A stretch of DNA of 64,000 nt from Treponemataceae bacterium (GTDB lineage Bacteria; Bacillota; Clostridia; Lachnospirales; Lachnospiraceae), in contig CAVBWS010000002.1 of the NCBI GenBank assembly GCA_963599255.1, positions 6,578 to 70,577 of the forward strand, given 5' to 3'. This document shows, one piece after another, positions 1-7,931 of the stretch; the stretch's first letter is position 1, and the number at the start of each line of letters is the position of its first letter. Under the pieces are notes generated by a model, which saw only the letters and a program-made list of their open reading frames with translations, did no database searches and was not told the origin of the DNA. Made by a program: the position numbers and the translations under genes.

Positions 1-243
1 TATCTTATGCTGAAGTCTTCTTTTTTCCTTACCTTTGCATAAAACAAAATCAGTGTCATCGATCAGTATTCTGCCAGTATCCGGTTTAATTGCACCATTA
101 AGGGTGCGGAAAAGGGTTGTCTTTCCCGCACCCGATAATCCGATGACAGAGACGAATTCTCCCGCCTCTGTATCAAATGATACATCAGCCAATGCTGCTG
201 TATTTTCAAAATTCTTTTTTAAATGCTCTATTCTTAATTTCAT
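1..243 (-). CDS. ABC transporter ATP-binding protein, N-terminal part; the gene runs off the window edge (PhnC-like partner of the adjacent binding protein)
   Basis: Reverse translation from the ATG at 243..241 gives MKLRIEHLKKNFENTAALADVSFDTEAGEFVSVIGLSGAGKTTLFRTLNGAIKPDTGRILI, with Walker A GLSGAGKT. It is absent from the ORF track because it is open at the edge. Confidence 0.75.
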   Translation of the reverse strand, partial: MKLRIEHLKKNFENTAALADVSFDTEAGEFVSVIGLSGAGKTTLFRTLNGAIKPDTGRILIDDTDFVLCKGKEKRRLQHKI

Positions 244-306
244 TTACACATTGAAAATGTTATCATGCTGCTGTCCTTGACACGCGGAGCCTGCTGCAGA
301 CCGCAA

Positions 307-1353
307 TCATTCCATGGACTTAAGAAGTTCCTGTGCAGCCCTCTCGCCGTCATAATCAGAGTCCTGACCCCAGGTGTAGCCCACCTGGCTGAATACACTG
401 ATGATATCCTGACCCTCCTGCGTCTCACCTATCTCTATAAATGCCTCGCCTACTGCCTGACGGAAGTCTTCATCTTCCATGGTCTCGGAAGTCTTGCTAT
501 AGGCTATCATATCATTATATATACCCTCTGTCACACCGATAATGCCGGTCTGCTCCACCATAGGTGCGGTTCCGCCCAGCTCAGATTCCCAGATTGGCGC
601 GTTCTTGATACGGATATGTCCGTATGAAACCATTACATCCACCTGTCCGGCTGCCAGACGGGATACAGCCGTTGTATGTGATTCTGACTCAACAACATTT
701 TCAAGGTCACTGATGCTCTTACCATAATTTTCCTGCAGCCACAGGCATGGATAGATATATCCAGATGCCGATGTTGGGCTAAGTACTGTCCAAGAAGCAC
801 TATTCAGATCTTCCCAGATAAGCTCTTCCCCTGCATTTACCTTGGCTAGAAGCTCCTGACCCTTCTGTGTCGGGCCTGCCAGAATTATACATCTGTAGTA
901 TGTCGCATATTCATCTGTATACTCCTCTATAGTTCCGTCATTCCAGTCCTTAGGGTCGGTCGAGTCCTTATTGATAGCCTTCCTGAGCGCCGTAAGCAGA
1001 ACATCGCAGTCATCCGAAAACAGCACATAATTGCCGCCCGAGATAAATCCCAGATCCGCGCTGCCCGCTGACAGAGCCTCCCCGACCGCTGTGTAACTGG
1101 TGCCCACAGTCATATCAATGTCCTTGACATCATAACCCTTTTCCAGGAGTTTGTCCTTAAGAAGCTGCTCTAACGGCTCCGTGGCCGTTGTGATCTCGTC
1201 CGCATCTGCATAAGGCGAGAAAGCGATCTTAAGGCTCTCAACTTCCTTAACCTCTGTTGGCTGATCGCTTGCTGCATCCGACGCCATCACCGGTAAGGCT
1301 GCCATAGATACTGCCAATGTTGCTGCAGCAAATAGTTTAATAAGTTTCTTCAT
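307..1353 (-). CDS. PhnD-family (phosphonate/phosphite-type) ABC transporter substrate-binding protein with a signal peptide
   Basis: 348 aa. The N-terminal signal is MKKLIKLFAAATLAVSMAALPVMA. The pattern KIAFSPYAD...VGTSYTAVGEALSAGSADLGFISG is typical of PhnD-like binding proteins. An ABC ATPase gene follows. Confidence 0.7.
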   Translation of the reverse strand: MKKLIKLFAAATLAVSMAALPVMASDAASDQPTEVKEVESLKIAFSPYADADEITTATEPLEQLLKDKLLEKGYDVKDIDMTVGTSYTAVGEALSAGSADLGFISGGNYVLFSDDCDVLLTALRKAINKDSTDPKDWNDGTIEEYTDEYATYYRCIILAGPTQKGQELLAKVNAGEELIWEDLNSASWTVLSPTSASGYIYPCLWLQENYGKSISDLENVVESESHTTAVSRLAAGQVDVMVSYGHIRIKNAPIWESELGGTAPMVEQTGIIGVTEGIYNDMIAYSKTSETMEDEDFRQAVGEAFIEIGETQEGQDIISVFSQVGYTWGQDSDYDGERAAQELLKSME

Positions 1354-1665
1354 TTGTTCTTACCTCCAGATCCTTTTCTTCCGCCGGAAGCTGATCACTA
1401 CGCACCATCTCGGAGCATTGTATGTAACAGTCATAAAATCTCGTTACATAAAAATAGACATATGCGCCTCTGCACATATATCTATGTATGATCGACCTCG
1501 GCAGACGCTGTTTCTCCGCGCACCACGCGGATAGTGGTCGGTCGACTCTCTCTGGAATCCTCTCAACCCGGAACACGGGCTCCCTCGCAATCTGGTTTTG
1601 TCGTCTATATTCAGACCGCTGTCATTCGGGAGCTCCCCCGCTGCAGCATTTCCGAAAACCACGCT
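1354..1665 (-). promoter_or_regulatory. Long structured 5' leader of the binding-protein operon; candidate riboswitch or attenuator of unassigned class
   Basis: About 310 nt with no credible ORF. It contains GC-rich helices, for example AGGGAGCCCGtgttCCGGGTTGAGAGG and CCGCGtggtgCGCGGAGA on the minus strand, followed by an internal intrinsic terminator. Confidence 0.35.
1449..1484 (-). terminator. Intrinsic terminator inside the leader (attenuator)
   Basis: On the minus strand: tagatatatgtgc-agag-gcgcatatgtcta, a 13-bp stem with two G-U pairs, followed by TTTTTA. It lies about 100 nt upstream of the start codon. Confidence 0.45.
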
Positions 1666-1777
1666 GATTTTATATTAATTATAATATTATTTCAAGCAGT
1701 TTGACGGCAGTGGGCCGTGTGAGTTTATACTCGAATTAAATTTAGCTTCCTGGGTATAGGCACTTGCCTGCTTCTTA

Positions 1778-2746
1778 CTAACCCACATACTGAAAATGCT
1801 GGTAATCTGTATTATAGGTCCACCATCCGCCCCAGTCGAATCCGGCATCGGTAAACAGGGTATAACATAGATCACCCACCTCTATTTTATAAGGAAAGTC
1901 CGAATCTCTGTCCAGGTACTGCCAACCATCCTCAGGGAATATGTAATTCTCCGAGGCGATATAATATACGTTATAGTAAGGATTTATGTCTATCGCCAGT
2001 CCGTATGCATGGTTAGATATCTCGTCCGTGTTATCCACCGTTCTGAAATTAAATGCTGACGTATTATCTGCCATAATAGAGGTCTCATCATCCGCATCAA
2101 AATCATCCACCAGTATCATGCTCTCTATCGGATATTGGGCATCATACAGCTGCCTGAAAATATTGCATACCGTATCGGCTACGCTGACATTCATCACCAG
2201 CTCTCCTACCTTGATATTGCCGTCTATATCACAGTGAAGGCACCTGATATATCTCAGCTCATCTCTCGGCACGGTGCAGTTTTCCTTATAAGACTTAAGC
2301 CACATCCTGGCAAATGTCTTATCACTGATCTCTTCTACATAGAAGAAATAGTCGGCACCTATACTGTTCACCTGCGCTTCTGTAAGCACGGTTCCGGCCT
2401 TCAGGCGTGCAACCAATTCATGAGGATCAGACAGATTGATCGGCTTGTAAGTGGTTTTCTGCGAACTTGTCTTAGCTTCAGATGAAGTGTCTGCCTCGGA
2501 ACTGGCTGCTGCACTCGTCTCCTCTGTTATACCAGTTTCATCTGTTGTATCCGCTGCCTCGGTTTCAACAGCAGCTGTTGCCTCAGTTTCTTCTATTATG
2601 TTGGTTGCGTCGTTTGCAGCAGGTTCATATGCTGCAGCATCATCTGCCATAACAGTGCTCATCGCTAAACCGCTTGTAAAAATCATCACGCTCACAGTTA
2701 CGACCGCCCGTATAATCATTATTTTCTTCGCTAATTTTCTGTCCAT
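1778..2746 (-). CDS. Secreted M15-family zinc metallopeptidase (VanY/VanX-like D-Ala-D-Ala peptidase fold) with a low-complexity T/E/A-rich linker
   Basis: Signal/anchor sequence AVVTVSVMIFTSGLAMSTVMA. Motifs SNHAYGLAIDINP and GFDWGGWW..DYQHFQY are typical of peptidase M15. Confidence 0.7.
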   Translation of the reverse strand: MDRKLAKKIMIIRAVVTVSVMIFTSGLAMSTVMADDAAAYEPAANDATNIIEETEATAAVETEAADTTDETGITEETSAAASSEADTSSEAKTSSQKTTYKPINLSDPHELVARLKAGTVLTEAQVNSIGADYFFYVEEISDKTFARMWLKSYKENCTVPRDELRYIRCLHCDIDGNIKVGELVMNVSVADTVCNIFRQLYDAQYPIESMILVDDFDADDETSIMADNTSAFNFRTVDNTDEISNHAYGLAIDINPYYNVYYIASENYIFPEDGWQYLDRDSDFPYKIEVGDLCYTLFTDAGFDWGGWWTYNTDYQHFQYVG

Positions 2747-2993
2747 ATATTCTTTCCGCTGCAGCAGTATGTATTCTGCTGCTTTTTGAAGGTATTTTTT
2801 GTTCCGTTCTCAGTTATCCCGGCACGCAGGATAGCTTCTACATATGTCGAAGCAATGCATACTTAGGTACTCTACCACTATCCCGCTCCTCAAACAACCT
2901 TAGCCCGGCTGAATGCTTTCATGTTCATAGCATTACTGCGTTTTATCCGGCTGAATATTTTCGGATTCAGAACCTTTCCGGATTTTTATCCGG

Positions 2994-3022
2994 TTGACTT
3001 TTATGCAGCACATATCTACACT
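2994..3022 (+). promoter_or_regulatory. Sigma-A-type promoter candidate for the cobU-like genes
   Basis: TTGACT (2994..2999), a 17-nt spacer, then TACACT (3017..3022), about 95 nt upstream of the ATG at 3116. Confidence 0.3.
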
Positions 3023-3115
3023 TTATCCATGTGGTGTATGTGGTTCATGCAGCAGCAAAATGCAAATAACCACGGCACCTGCCTATATTTTTCATGGAAT
3101 GCGGGAATAAATTAT

Positions 3116-3640
3116 ATGATGATACTTATAACCGGCGGCTCTGGCTGCGGCAAGAGTTCTTATGCTGAAAAACTTGCGGTCAGCCTTCCTATGCCCCGCT
3201 ATTATATAGCAGCAATGAAGCCATATGATGACGAATGTCTGAGAAAAATTGACAGGCATAGACGTCTTCGTGCCAAAAAGGGTTTCGAGACAATCGAGCA
3301 GTATACCGACCTTGACAATATCACAGTCTCCGAGGGAACGGCGCTTCTTGAATGTATGTGCAACCTGACTGCTAATGAAATGTTTGACGATGAAGGAAAC
3401 TGCCACGATGTGTATGATAAGATTCTTCAGGAAATCCTGCACCTAAAGTCCCAATTTGACAATCTGATAATCGTAACTAATGATGTGGGAAACGACTGCC
3501 GTGAATACGGCCCCGGCACCATGAATTATATAACCACCCTCGGGCGGCTGAACTGCGCTCTGGCTCAGGAAGCTGATGTTGTAACTGAAGTCGTGTGCGG
3601 CATACCGATCACTATTAAGCAGTCAACTACTATCGAGTAA
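3116..3640 (+). CDS. cobU: Bifunctional adenosylcobinamide kinase / adenosylcobinamide-phosphate guanylyltransferase (CobU/CobP family)
   Basis: MMILITGGSGCGKSSYAEKLA carries the P-loop. DRHRRLR carries a candidate guanylyl-His. The C-terminal IVTNDVGNDC...VVCGIPITIK matches CobU NEVG...SGIGVKIK. The ORF-track start at 2921 is an unlikely N-terminal extension. Confidence 0.8.
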   Translation: MMILITGGSGCGKSSYAEKLAVSLPMPRYYIAAMKPYDDECLRKIDRHRRLRAKKGFETIEQYTDLDNITVSEGTALLECMCNLTANEMFDDEGNCHDVYDKILQEILHLKSQFDNLIIVTNDVGNDCREYGPGTMNYITTLGRLNCALAQEADVVTEVVCGIPITIKQSTTIE

Positions 3641-3718
3641 GAAATGGTCTTATAAAAGAATACAGCCCTTTAATGACTATTTATACTGTCAATTGAAAGG
3701 CTGCAGAATGGAGATAAA

Positions 3719-4237
3719 ATGATTCTTATAATAGGAAGTGAAGCCTCCGGCAAAAGAGAATATGTTAAAAGTCTCGGGTATACTGATGACATGATATCCG
3801 AGTGCATGGATGACAACAGGCCTGTTTTATACGGCCTTCACAAAATTGTTGCGGCTAACCCCGAGAAGATCCGTAACACTCTCAGCCGTATGGAAAATCT
3901 GGTTTCAGAAAATGTGCACAGCGCAGCAGTTCCAGGAGGTTCCGCTGGAGAATCAACAAAGCCTACTGCTGAATCCAGCTCCGCTCCTAAGAAATCTGCA
4001 GAGCCCTCAGCAAAAATCAATGAGGCAGCTGATAAAATAAATCCAGCAGATCAGTGGCTTACTAATCTGCTGGCTAAGGAAGTCATTGTATGTAATGAAG
4101 TGGGATCCGGCATCATTCCTATGCTGGCTTCAGAACGTATGTACCGGGAGCAAACCGGAAGGTTATGTACCCTGCTGGCAAGTCATGCTGATCATGTTAT
4201 CCGCCTGGTCTGCGGCATCGCTGTTAATCTAAAGTAG
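3719..4237 (+). CDS. Divergent CobU-like paralog with a degenerate P-loop and a low-complexity insertion
   Basis: MILIIGSEASGKREYV is a degenerate P-loop. The C-terminal VCNEVGSGIIPM...RLVCGIAVNLK matches the CobU C-terminus. The central segment AAVPGGSAGESTKPTAESSSAPKKSAEPSAK is low complexity. The His region of CobU was not recognisable. Confidence 0.55.
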   Translation: MILIIGSEASGKREYVKSLGYTDDMISECMDDNRPVLYGLHKIVAANPEKIRNTLSRMENLVSENVHSAAVPGGSAGESTKPTAESSSAPKKSAEPSAKINEAADKINPADQWLTNLLAKEVIVCNEVGSGIIPMLASERMYREQTGRLCTLLASHADHVIRLVCGIAVNLK

Positions 4238-4339
4238 CGATGTTCTTACCCAGATCATTTAATACATACCATCCTATAGAAAGCACCAGCTTGAACAAAA
4301 CCGTTGTTCACAATTCGTTATGAACAGTCCTTCTGTGAT

Positions 4340-5473
4340 TTAGAATGAACTACCATCAGCATCCGGCAGCACCTTAACTGCTGCCGTCCTGGCAAATACC
4401 AGCGGTTCATCCTGCTGGAAGAATATGATCCCATCTGCCGGGGAGATAAGCTCCTCTGTCTTTTCTCCATTGCAGGTGTCATATATCTCAGCGCATACAT
4501 CTCCTTTTTTGACTCTGTCTCCCGGCTTTACCTGTGGCTTGTAGAATCCTGCAGTTTTATTTCTGACCGGGATCATCTCTGTATCGTAGAAGATCCTAGG
4601 CTTAAATCCCTCTGTCTTGCAGCATTTTATCTCGTCATTCTGAGCACTAATGCCTGATTCTGCTTCGCCATTCTTCTGTTCATTACGAGCATTTGCACAT
4701 CCTGGCTTACATGTGTTCTTGTTTTCAATATTCGCCTGCGCCGTACCCGAGTGCTCGCTATTTTCGGGGCAATTACCGATACCGAGGGGATCTGCATCAG
4801 CAATTGCTGCCTCCCGCAATATATTATTCTTCACCATAAACCTCTTGGCGCCGTCCAAAACTATCTCCGCGCTCACAGGGTCTATGTTCCTAGTTGTGCT
4901 GGAGTAGAGGCTGTATGCATCAGTCTCCCATACCTGCCAATTATAATTAAGGGTCGTTGTGTCATACGGATGAGGCTTGCGCACCACCACATAAGGTATG
5001 CCGAAATCCGCTGCCTTATCCAGATTTTCATACCCTGTATGGGTGAGCCTTACATGAGGCATGAAGGAACCCGGCATATAGAAGGAGGAAAACTGGATCC
5101 CGTTCTCATATTTATTAACCACGTCGAATACTCCCGCCGCAATTCTCTGAGTAGTCTCTCCCTGGTCATATCCCGGGAACATCCTGTTAATGTCCGTATT
5201 ATCTATGGCCCAAAACTGCTTGGAGATATTCATGGAGCTGGGATTAAGCGTAGGAATGACCAATATCTGCTTGCCGGATTCTATCATCCCCGCATTTTCC
5301 ATGTCCTTGAGATATTTTACCAGCTGCGATGCCATATACAGCTGCTGATACTCGTGGCCTCTCAGGCTTCCGACTATGCACAGGCTCTTCTCACCCTGTC
5401 CGAACACATAGCCCTTCACTCTGAAATCATCTCTGTATAAGGAGGAAGTCTGATATACAATTATCTCTTTCAT
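4340..5473 (-). CDS. Succinylglutamate desuccinylase/aspartoacylase (AstE-AspA, M14-like) family protein with an internal low-complexity insertion
   Basis: 377 aa with SLCIVGSLRGHEYQQ (H-E metal motif region). The C-terminal barrel-like KPGDRVKKGDVCAEIYD...ADGIIFF is typical of the family. The start overlaps the upstream paralog by 4 nt. Confidence 0.7.
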   Translation of the reverse strand: MKEIIVYQTSSLYRDDFRVKGYVFGQGEKSLCIVGSLRGHEYQQLYMASQLVKYLKDMENAGMIESGKQILVIPTLNPSSMNISKQFWAIDNTDINRMFPGYDQGETTQRIAAGVFDVVNKYENGIQFSSFYMPGSFMPHVRLTHTGYENLDKAADFGIPYVVVRKPHPYDTTTLNYNWQVWETDAYSLYSSTTRNIDPVSAEIVLDGAKRFMVKNNILREAAIADADPLGIGNCPENSEHSGTAQANIENKNTCKPGCANARNEQKNGEAESGISAQNDEIKCCKTEGFKPRIFYDTEMIPVRNKTAGFYKPQVKPGDRVKKGDVCAEIYDTCNGEKTEELISPADGIIFFQQDEPLVFARTAAVKVLPDADGSSF

Positions 5474-6402
5474 CTGTTTCTCTCCTTCACCAATATTCTT
5501 CCCATCAGCGAGCCCTCATCCACCAGCGGATATTCCCTGACGGTAAACAGCAGTCCGCTCTTAGACGCATTGATATATTCCTTAATCTCGCCGGTAAGGG
5601 GATCGAATATATATCCTACAGTTTCACCCTTCCTTACCCAACTGCCGTGGGACTTAACCTTCATAAACATTCCCGAAGTCGGGGCATTTAGAAACACTAC
5701 CTCATCCGGATCATCCGATACTATCGGCTCTCTTACCGGCGCCGTATCGCCGTCCCACATACCCATTTCCTTCATTATATTAAATATACCGTCGCAGATC
5801 TGTCTTCCGTACTCTTCGGTAAGCCTCATGCCCACCCCCATCTCTACAACCAGACAAGGAGTTCCGGTGCTGTTTAATGAGTATGCAAATGTTGACTCCA
5901 GCACAGTGCTGGCTCCGTGCACCCAGATGAAATCCACATTGGCCCTTCTGGCCCATGGAAGCAATACATCTTCATGCAGCTGATTTATCCTGATCTGCGG
6001 CATCTCGGTCAGATATATATTGCTGGCATGAATATCCAAAACCATGTCAGCGCCCCTGATATCCTCTATGATCCTGGCCGCAGAAAACTCAACCATGCTG
6101 CCCTCCGGATCCCCCGGGAATGTCCTGTTCATATCCAGCTCGAAGACAGGTATGCTCCTGTTAATGGAATCGATTCCCAGAGGGTTGGTCGCCGGATATA
6201 TCTCCACAGTTCCGCGCAAATGCTCCATCTCATTTTTCAGTCTCTGCGCCACCAGGAAGCAGGCATACTGACCCTCCAGCTCATCTCCATGGGTTCCTGT
6301 TACAATGCATATTCGCTTACCTTCTTCGTTCGAGAAGGTATTTTTCTTAATATTAAATGTCTCATTTACCGGCAGCGGCAAAGAGACTATATTGCTTATC
6401 AT
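5470..6402 (-). CDS. Succinylglutamate desuccinylase/aspartoacylase (M14-like) family deacylase
   Basis: ICIVTGTHGDELEGQ, DIHAS and C-terminal VRKGETVGYIFDPLTGE motifs. The start was chosen at the ATG at 6402, preceded by AGGAGA. Confidence 0.75.
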   Translation of the reverse strand: MISNIVSLPLPVNETFNIKKNTFSNEEGKRICIVTGTHGDELEGQYACFLVAQRLKNEMEHLRGTVEIYPATNPLGIDSINRSIPVFELDMNRTFPGDPEGSMVEFSAARIIEDIRGADMVLDIHASNIYLTEMPQIRINQLHEDVLLPWARRANVDFIWVHGASTVLESTFAYSLNSTGTPCLVVEMGVGMRLTEEYGRQICDGIFNIMKEMGMWDGDTAPVREPIVSDDPDEVVFLNAPTSGMFMKVKSHGSWVRKGETVGYIFDPLTGEIKEYINASKSGLLFTVREYPLVDEGSLMGRILVKERNR

Positions 6403-6454
6403 CTGTTTTCTCCTATCGAACTGTGCCGCCCACATATGCGGGCAGCCTCAGCCT

Positions 6455-7258
6455 TCACTCTTCTGCGCCTTTAACGCTCACATATATGCTCTGATACTGC
6501 TGCGCCCTTCCAGCCAGGCAGCCTATATTGATCATGCAGTCCTTATAATCCCGGCCGTGAGACATCTTGATATGATGATCCGTAACCCGCACATTATTGG
6601 TCGGATCGAACCCATACCATCGCCCGTCAGACTTTACCTCTACCCAGGCATGACTTAAGCCCTCACCCGGGAGCATACCCACAACATATCTGGAGCATAT
6701 GCCCCGGGACCTTAACATGGACAGCATGATATGCGCATAATCCTGGCACACTCCCTGTTTCATGGCAAATGCTTCGGCAGCTGTCGTATCCACCGCCGTA
6801 CTGCCCGGTGTATATATCATATTTTCTGATAAATATGCCATGATGCCGGCCGCCATATCTATCGGATCCTCGCTGATCTTCTGTCCATTTGTTCTTATTA
6901 TCTCGGACACAGCATCAAGAACAGCCCTGTCCGGTTTAGTCAGAGCTGTCTGATATTTGAAAATATTCTCCCTGTATTTATTAACCTCAGCCGTACTGTC
7001 TGATAATCCGACTCTGGCTGTGCCCCTTACGTCCACCTCAAAATGACTGTGCTGTTTCTTAATGCTTCCGGCAGCATATCTGTTGCCGAAGTTATCCTCC
7101 ATGAACCACAGGGATTCCTGAGGAAGGAGGTTAAACTTCATGTCATCTATCTGCTGGCGCTCGTCTGTCTGAGGGCAGCATCTCAGGGCGAAATTATGAT
7201 TATGTACAGGCGCATCAAAATCTATGTTCAAGTGATAATTAAATGACAGTTCTGTCAA
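6455..7258 (-). CDS. Transglutaminase-like cysteine protease family protein
   Basis: GVCQDYAHIML...SHAWVEV...GFDPTNN gives the Cys-His-Asp transglutaminase core. A TTG start at 7258 behind GGAGGTG is preferred over the RBS-less ATG at 7291. Confidence 0.8.
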   Translation of the reverse strand: MTELSFNYHLNIDFDAPVHNHNFALRCCPQTDERQQIDDMKFNLLPQESLWFMEDNFGNRYAAGSIKKQHSHFEVDVRGTARVGLSDSTAEVNKYRENIFKYQTALTKPDRAVLDAVSEIIRTNGQKISEDPIDMAAGIMAYLSENMIYTPGSTAVDTTAAEAFAMKQGVCQDYAHIMLSMLRSRGICSRYVVGMLPGEGLSHAWVEVKSDGRWYGFDPTNNVRVTDHHIKMSHGRDYKDCMINIGCLAGRAQQYQSIYVSVKGAEE

Positions 7259-7262
7259 AAAG

Positions 7263-7931
7263 TTACACCTCCGTAAGGCTCTCAATCTCATTTACGATCT
7301 GATGATGATCAAGCACCTGCGCATCGCACAGCTTAATAAGGTGTTCTAACTTCTCCTCGCTGTACTTAAGACCGCTTTCCTTAAGCCTCGGAATGAGTCT
7401 GCTCATCTCGCGCCTTAAGGCCTCGTCATGGGTTCTTACCCGCGCATACAGGTCAACTCGCTCTATACGTTTGCCTACCTTAATAATATTCCTGGTAGTC
7501 TTATCATCTGTCTGATCATCCACTATACCCCAGAATGCCAGGATATCGTCCATGACCTTCTGCAGTTCAAGAAACGGAGCGCTTGACACCTTGGCCTTCT
7601 GTATGCTGTACACCGACAGCTGAATATAAGCCAGGGATTCACTTCCTATCTCTTCTCTTAATTCAATGGCATTGTCATAAGCTCTCATGAGATTAGACAT
7701 TATGGAATTAGGATCCTCCTGGTCAAATGCATACCTAGCGATGAAGTCATCCTTATCCTTATATATGTTAGGGATCTCAAGCTGATCACAAAACTCAGCA
7801 TACTCTCTATTATCCGCCTCAATAAGCTTATCGAAGCTGACCTCGAACATCTTAAGTGTTGTATAAACTCTGGCGGTATATCGTCCCAGCCAGTACAAAC
7901 GGTCTGTTGTTATTACTGATTTAGTATCCAT
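7263..7931 (-). CDS. Alpha-E domain-containing protein (short form)
   Basis: DRLYWLGRYTARVYTT is the hallmark alpha-E N-terminus. The gene sits between the ATP-grasp and transglutaminase genes and overlaps the ATP-grasp gene by 19 nt. Confidence 0.75.
   Translation of the reverse strand: MDTKSVITTDRLYWLGRYTARVYTTLKMFEVSFDKLIEADNREYAEFCDQLEIPNIYKDKDDFIARYAFDQEDPNSIMSNLMRAYDNAIELREEIGSESLAYIQLSVYSIQKAKVSSAPFLELQKVMDDILAFWGIVDDQTDDKTTRNIIKVGKRIERVDLYARVRTHDEALRREMSRLIPRLKESGLKYSEEKLEHLIKLCDAQVLDHHQIVNEIESLTEV

Noticed and set aside
2921-3115. N-terminal extension of the cobU ORF (track start at 2921).
   Set aside because: The extension overlaps the predicted promoter and leader and bears no resemblance to CobU. 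The canonical MMILITGGSGCGKS start lies at 3116.
2760-3115. Possible cobalamin riboswitch upstream of cobU (ACCACGGCACCTGCC resembles the end of a B12 box).
   Set aside because: Only this short 3' element is present. The GGGAA/GGTG/CCCGC core elements are not visible, and the leader after the likely promoter is only about 95 nt, too short for the aptamer.
4751-5440. Long antisense ORFs in the six-frame track lying inside well-supported genes. Examples are 4751..5440(+), 5917..6474(+), 8075..8635(+), 10664..11194(+), 27765..28610(+), 34980..35486(+), 42673..43443(+) and 61104..61574(-).
   Set aside because: Each lies entirely opposite a CDS with clear family motifs. They have no RBS and low-complexity or stop-poor shadow-frame composition, so I treat them as shadow ORFs.
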